NCBI GenBank assembly: GCA_963676615.1 | Contig: OY781092.1 | Span: 1,152,001-1,216,000 of the forward strand | Direction of reading: 5' to 3' | DNA: 64,000 nucleotides | Source of the DNA: Candidatus Cloacimonadota bacterium | GTDB lineage: Bacteria; Cloacimonadota; Cloacimonadia; G963667145 | Shown: positions 61,110 to 64,000 of the stretch, one piece after another | Position numbering within the stretch: the first letter of the stretch is position 1 | Layout of the letters: the number at the start of each line of letters is the position of its first letter | Notes under the pieces: generated by a model | What the model was told of the DNA's origin: nothing | Seen by the model: the letters and a program-made list of their open reading frames with translations, nothing else | Database searches by the model: none | Made by a program: the position numbers and the translations under genes

Positions 61110-63436
61110 TCTTCCAGCGTGTAATCTGTCCACTGGCGAGCGCTTTTGTAGGTCTTAAAGTGCGCAGAATAGCCATCGGTCGAGATTTCAATTGCGCCGC
61201 TTTTGCCCGTGATGAGCAGATTGTCTTGCAAAAATTCGTAGCTTTGCAAAGTTTTGTTGTGCGGAAAGTTAAACCGATTTTTTATCGAAGTGAAGATGAA
61301 GGCGTATTCTGGGCTGACCTCTTTGATGAACGCTTTGGTGCTGGACGACTTGCTGCCGTGATGCCCAACTTTGAGCAAATCGCAGTCCAAATCGAATCTG
61401 GGTAGCATAAACTCCTCGCCCTCTTTTTCCAAATCGCCGGTGAGCAGCGCCGAAAATTCCCGATAATCGACCCGCAAAACTATCGACATATTGTTGATGT
61501 CCGCGTCCCAAAAATCTTTGGCTGGATGCAGCACCTTGATGCTCAAATCCCGCTCGGCAAGGAGCGTCGTCGTATCTTCCAAAATCAAAAGCTGGCTTCC
61601 CTCTTTCTGCACCGCCGCTGCAAATGCGTCCCAAATTTTGCTCCTGCAAAAATTTCTGCTGACCACAACTTTGCGAACATCAAGCTCCGCAAAAGCGTGC
61701 CAAACTCCTCCAAAATGGTCGTTGTGAGCGTGGGTAATCACCAGATAATCGATCTGCCGAACGCCTCTGTCGGCTAGATACGGAAGCGCCGTCTTGCGAA
61801 AACTCCGCACGAAATCTGGCGGTCCGACATCGACAAAAATATTTTCGCCGCGCGGCGTGGTTATCAGCGTCATATCGCCCAAACCGCAGTCAAAAAAAGT
61901 GATGCGCAAATCTCTTTTGCCGCCCAAAAAGAAAAAACTCCACGGCAAAATCGCCAAAAATAGCGACAAAATTGCCAGCTTCAACTTCCGCTTCTTCCAA
62001 AAAATATAGCCAGCCAAAGCGACAAACCCCAACGATATCAGCCAATTCAGCGAATGGGAGCTGCTGATATTGGCAAAATAAAAGGGGAAATTGGCGAAAA
62101 TCTCGACCACCCGAAACAAAATATCGATGAGGAAATTGAGCGCCAAACTGTAGCTCTGCCAGAGCGGAGAGGGCAAAATCAGACTGACCAAACTCAAAGG
62201 AACGATTAACATCACCAGCGGGATGCAAAGCAGGTTAGCGAAGACGGAATTGAAATTGATTTGGTTGAAATAAAAAAGCGTCAGAGGCATCATCACCACG
62301 CACAAAATCAGCGAACAGAGCATCGAGCTAAGCAAAATTGTCGCCACTTTGTTTAGCAGTTTTCGGCTTTCCCGCGGCTTCGTTCCGCCCAAGCACACAT
62401 AAAATTTCGGCACCAAATTCGCCAAAATCAGCACCGACAAAAACGAGAGCTGAAAGCTGAGCGCCAAGGCGTATTGCGGTCTTGCCAGCAGGATAATCAA
62501 GCCAGAAGCCGCCACGATGTTGTCCAGCACCAAAATCCGCTCCAAATGAAACGCCCACAAACTCAGGACAATCATCAGCGCCGCGCGAGTCACAGACGGC
62601 GAAAAATCGCAAAGAGCCGCGTAAAATATCAAAAAAAGCGCCGTGAGCAGATAAACCACGCCGAGCCTGTTGCAAAACATCCGCAAAAACAGCATCATTA
62701 CAAACGAGATAAACCCGATGTGCAGCCCGCTGATTGCCAAAATGTGCGCCACTCCAGCTTTGGTGAAATTTGTCCGCAAGCTCTCATCGTCCAAATCTTT
62801 GCCCAGCAAAATCGTTTGCATAAATCTTGCGTTTTTGCCGCATCTTTGCTCGATTCTGGCGAGCAAAAACTTCCGTATTTTGTAAACAAACCGCTGAACG
62901 AAATTGCCTTTTTGCGCCTTGACCACCAGCACGCTTTTGGCGTCTGCAAGAGTGTAAATATTTTTTTGCGCCAAATATTGTGCGTAGCTAAAACCGCTGG
63001 GATTGCTCGCCCCCTCTGGCTTTTGCAGCTGTGCGACCCCAAAGACTACCTGCCCATATCGCAAATCTGACTGCTGAGCGCGCATCTTCACTAGGCCTTC
63101 AAAATTTTCTCCAGCGACGCTGTCCACCCGCAAAACGAAGCTGTAAAAATCGTTTTGCTGATTATACTCCACCTGCGAGACGATCTGCCCACTAACTGCC
63201 TGCACCACAGGCGTTTTGAGGTAATTTCGCAAATCATTATAAGGAACTTTTTCCTGAATCCACAAGCTGCCCAAAGCAAAAAATGCGCAAAAGATTAACA
63301 AAGGTTTTGAAAAAAAGTAGCCCAAAACCGCAAAAAGCAAAACCAGCCAAAAATAAACTAGCCCAAACGGAAAATTTTGCCCCCAAAAAATCCCCGTGAG
63401 CAAAAAGAAGAACGGAAGAAATAACGGGGCTTTCAT
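61106..63436 (-). CDS. comEC: DNA uptake protein ComEC/Rec2
   Basis: HILAISGLH, SVTRA, FQLSF; MBL domain THAHNDH, TGD, HHGS. Confidence 0.95.
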   Translation of the reverse strand: MKAPLFLPFFFLLTGIFWGQNFPFGLVYFWLVLLFAVLGYFFSKPLLIFCAFFALGSLWIQEKVPYNDLRNYLKTPVVQAVSGQIVSQVEYNQQNDFYSFVLRVDSVAGENFEGLVKMRAQQSDLRYGQVVFGVAQLQKPEGASNPSGFSYAQYLAQKNIYTLADAKSVLVVKAQKGNFVQRFVYKIRKFLLARIEQRCGKNARFMQTILLGKDLDDESLRTNFTKAGVAHILAISGLHIGFISFVMMLFLRMFCNRLGVVYLLTALFLIFYAALCDFSPSVTRAALMIVLSLWAFHLERILVLDNIVAASGLIILLARPQYALALSFQLSFLSVLILANLVPKFYVCLGGTKPRESRKLLNKVATILLSSMLCSLILCVVMMPLTLFYFNQINFNSVFANLLCIPLVMLIVPLSLVSLILPSPLWQSYSLALNFLIDILFRVVEIFANFPFYFANISSSHSLNWLISLGFVALAGYIFWKKRKLKLAILSLFLAILPWSFFFLGGKRDLRITFFDCGLGDMTLITTPRGENIFVDVGPPDFVRSFRKTALPYLADRGVRQIDYLVITHAHNDHFGGVWHAFAELDVRKVVVSRNFCRSKIWDAFAAAVQKEGSQLLILEDTTTLLAERDLSIKVLHPAKDFWDADINNMSIVLRVDYREFSALLTGDLEKEGEEFMLPRFDLDCDLLKVGHHGSKSSSTKAFIKEVSPEYAFIFTSIKNRFNFPHNKTLQSYEFLQDNLLITGKSGAIEISTDGYSAHFKTYKSARQWTDYTLED

Positions 63437-63442
63437 TTTTCT

Positions 63443-64000
63443 CTAAAAATCTATCGATTTGCGCAAGTTGAGCTCGTATAAGTTTTTTTCGACATCCTCG
63501 CTAAAATTGTAATTGTATTGAAATCGAAAATTGTAGGGCAAAATATATCTGAAGCCAACTTTCTGATTTAACAGGAGCTTACGCTTTTCCACCAGCGGGT
63601 CGTCCGACTCCTCAACTTTGAACTCCGAGACGACAAAAAGCCGATTGGTCAGACTTTTCCCCAGCGAAATTTTCATCTTGTTCAGCAAAATATCGCTGCC
63701 GTCCATCGCCGTCTGCTCCTGATTTAGATTTTGCTGATTGTCGTAATCTTCCAAAATATTTTGCACGACATTCATTTTGATGCGGAACAAATCCAGCCGC
63801 AAAGCCCGCTGCAAGCTGTTTTCCACGGGCGAAATAAACAAATCCAGCACTTGCGACTGCACACCATCGCCCACAATTCCCAAAACCTGCGAGTTCATCG
63901 CCGCCTGCGCAGCTGCGCCCGTTTGGCTGTTATCCTGCGAAATATCATACTTCAGCGACGAGATGATTTGCATATCCGAGGTCAAATCTTTGTCGGTGCT
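63443..64000 (-). CDS. C-terminal fragment of a large envelope protein, possibly TamB-like (starts beyond the window)
   Basis: Frame is open to the window edge; helical segment then amphipathic beta strands ending in F. Confidence 0.5.
   Translation of the reverse strand, partial: STDKDLTSDMQIISSLKYDISQDNSQTGAAAQAAMNSQVLGIVGDGVQSQVLDLFISPVENSLQRALRLDLFRIKMNVVQNILEDYDNQQNLNQEQTAMDGSDILLNKMKISLGKSLTNRLFVVSEFKVEESDDPLVEKRKLLLNQKVGFRYILPYNFRFQYNYNFSEDVEKNLYELNLRKSIDF

Overview
A 64-kb bacterial chromosome segment, mostly housekeeping genes on the minus strand, with one complete minus-strand rRNA operon (16S, tRNA-Ile, tRNA-Ala, 23S, 5S). The rplM-rpsI-rpsB-tsf-pyrH-frr order, diderm envelope genes (FadL-like, LolC/E, TamB-like), RNase HIII and the 16S start GGATTAGGCATGCAAGTC suggest an FCB-related anaerobe, possibly Cloacimonadota. 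This is an inference and was not checked against a database. Core blocks: translation genes, uvrC-murJ with two tandem LysM lytic transglycosylases, nnr, upp, the rpmF-plsX-fab-acpP-rnc cluster, uvrA-tag, lolC/E, pdxA and comEC. Accessory elements: (1) an agmatine deiminase locus lacking carbamate kinase, preceded by a SAM-methyltransferase/Ddl-like ATP-grasp fusion; (2) an AT-rich FRG-domain gene plus a small partner beside the rRNA operon; (3) an AT-rich standalone HEPN-like gene; (4) a PdxA-methyltransferase fusion; (5) two intergenic mosaics sharing four short modules; (6) an extended 70-nt helix in 23S rRNA; (7) readable operator candidates for a MarR and a winged-helix regulator. No CRISPR array, transposase, integrase or prophage was seen. 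All calls come from motif recognition by eye; several starts were moved from the ORF track to more plausible downstream codons.
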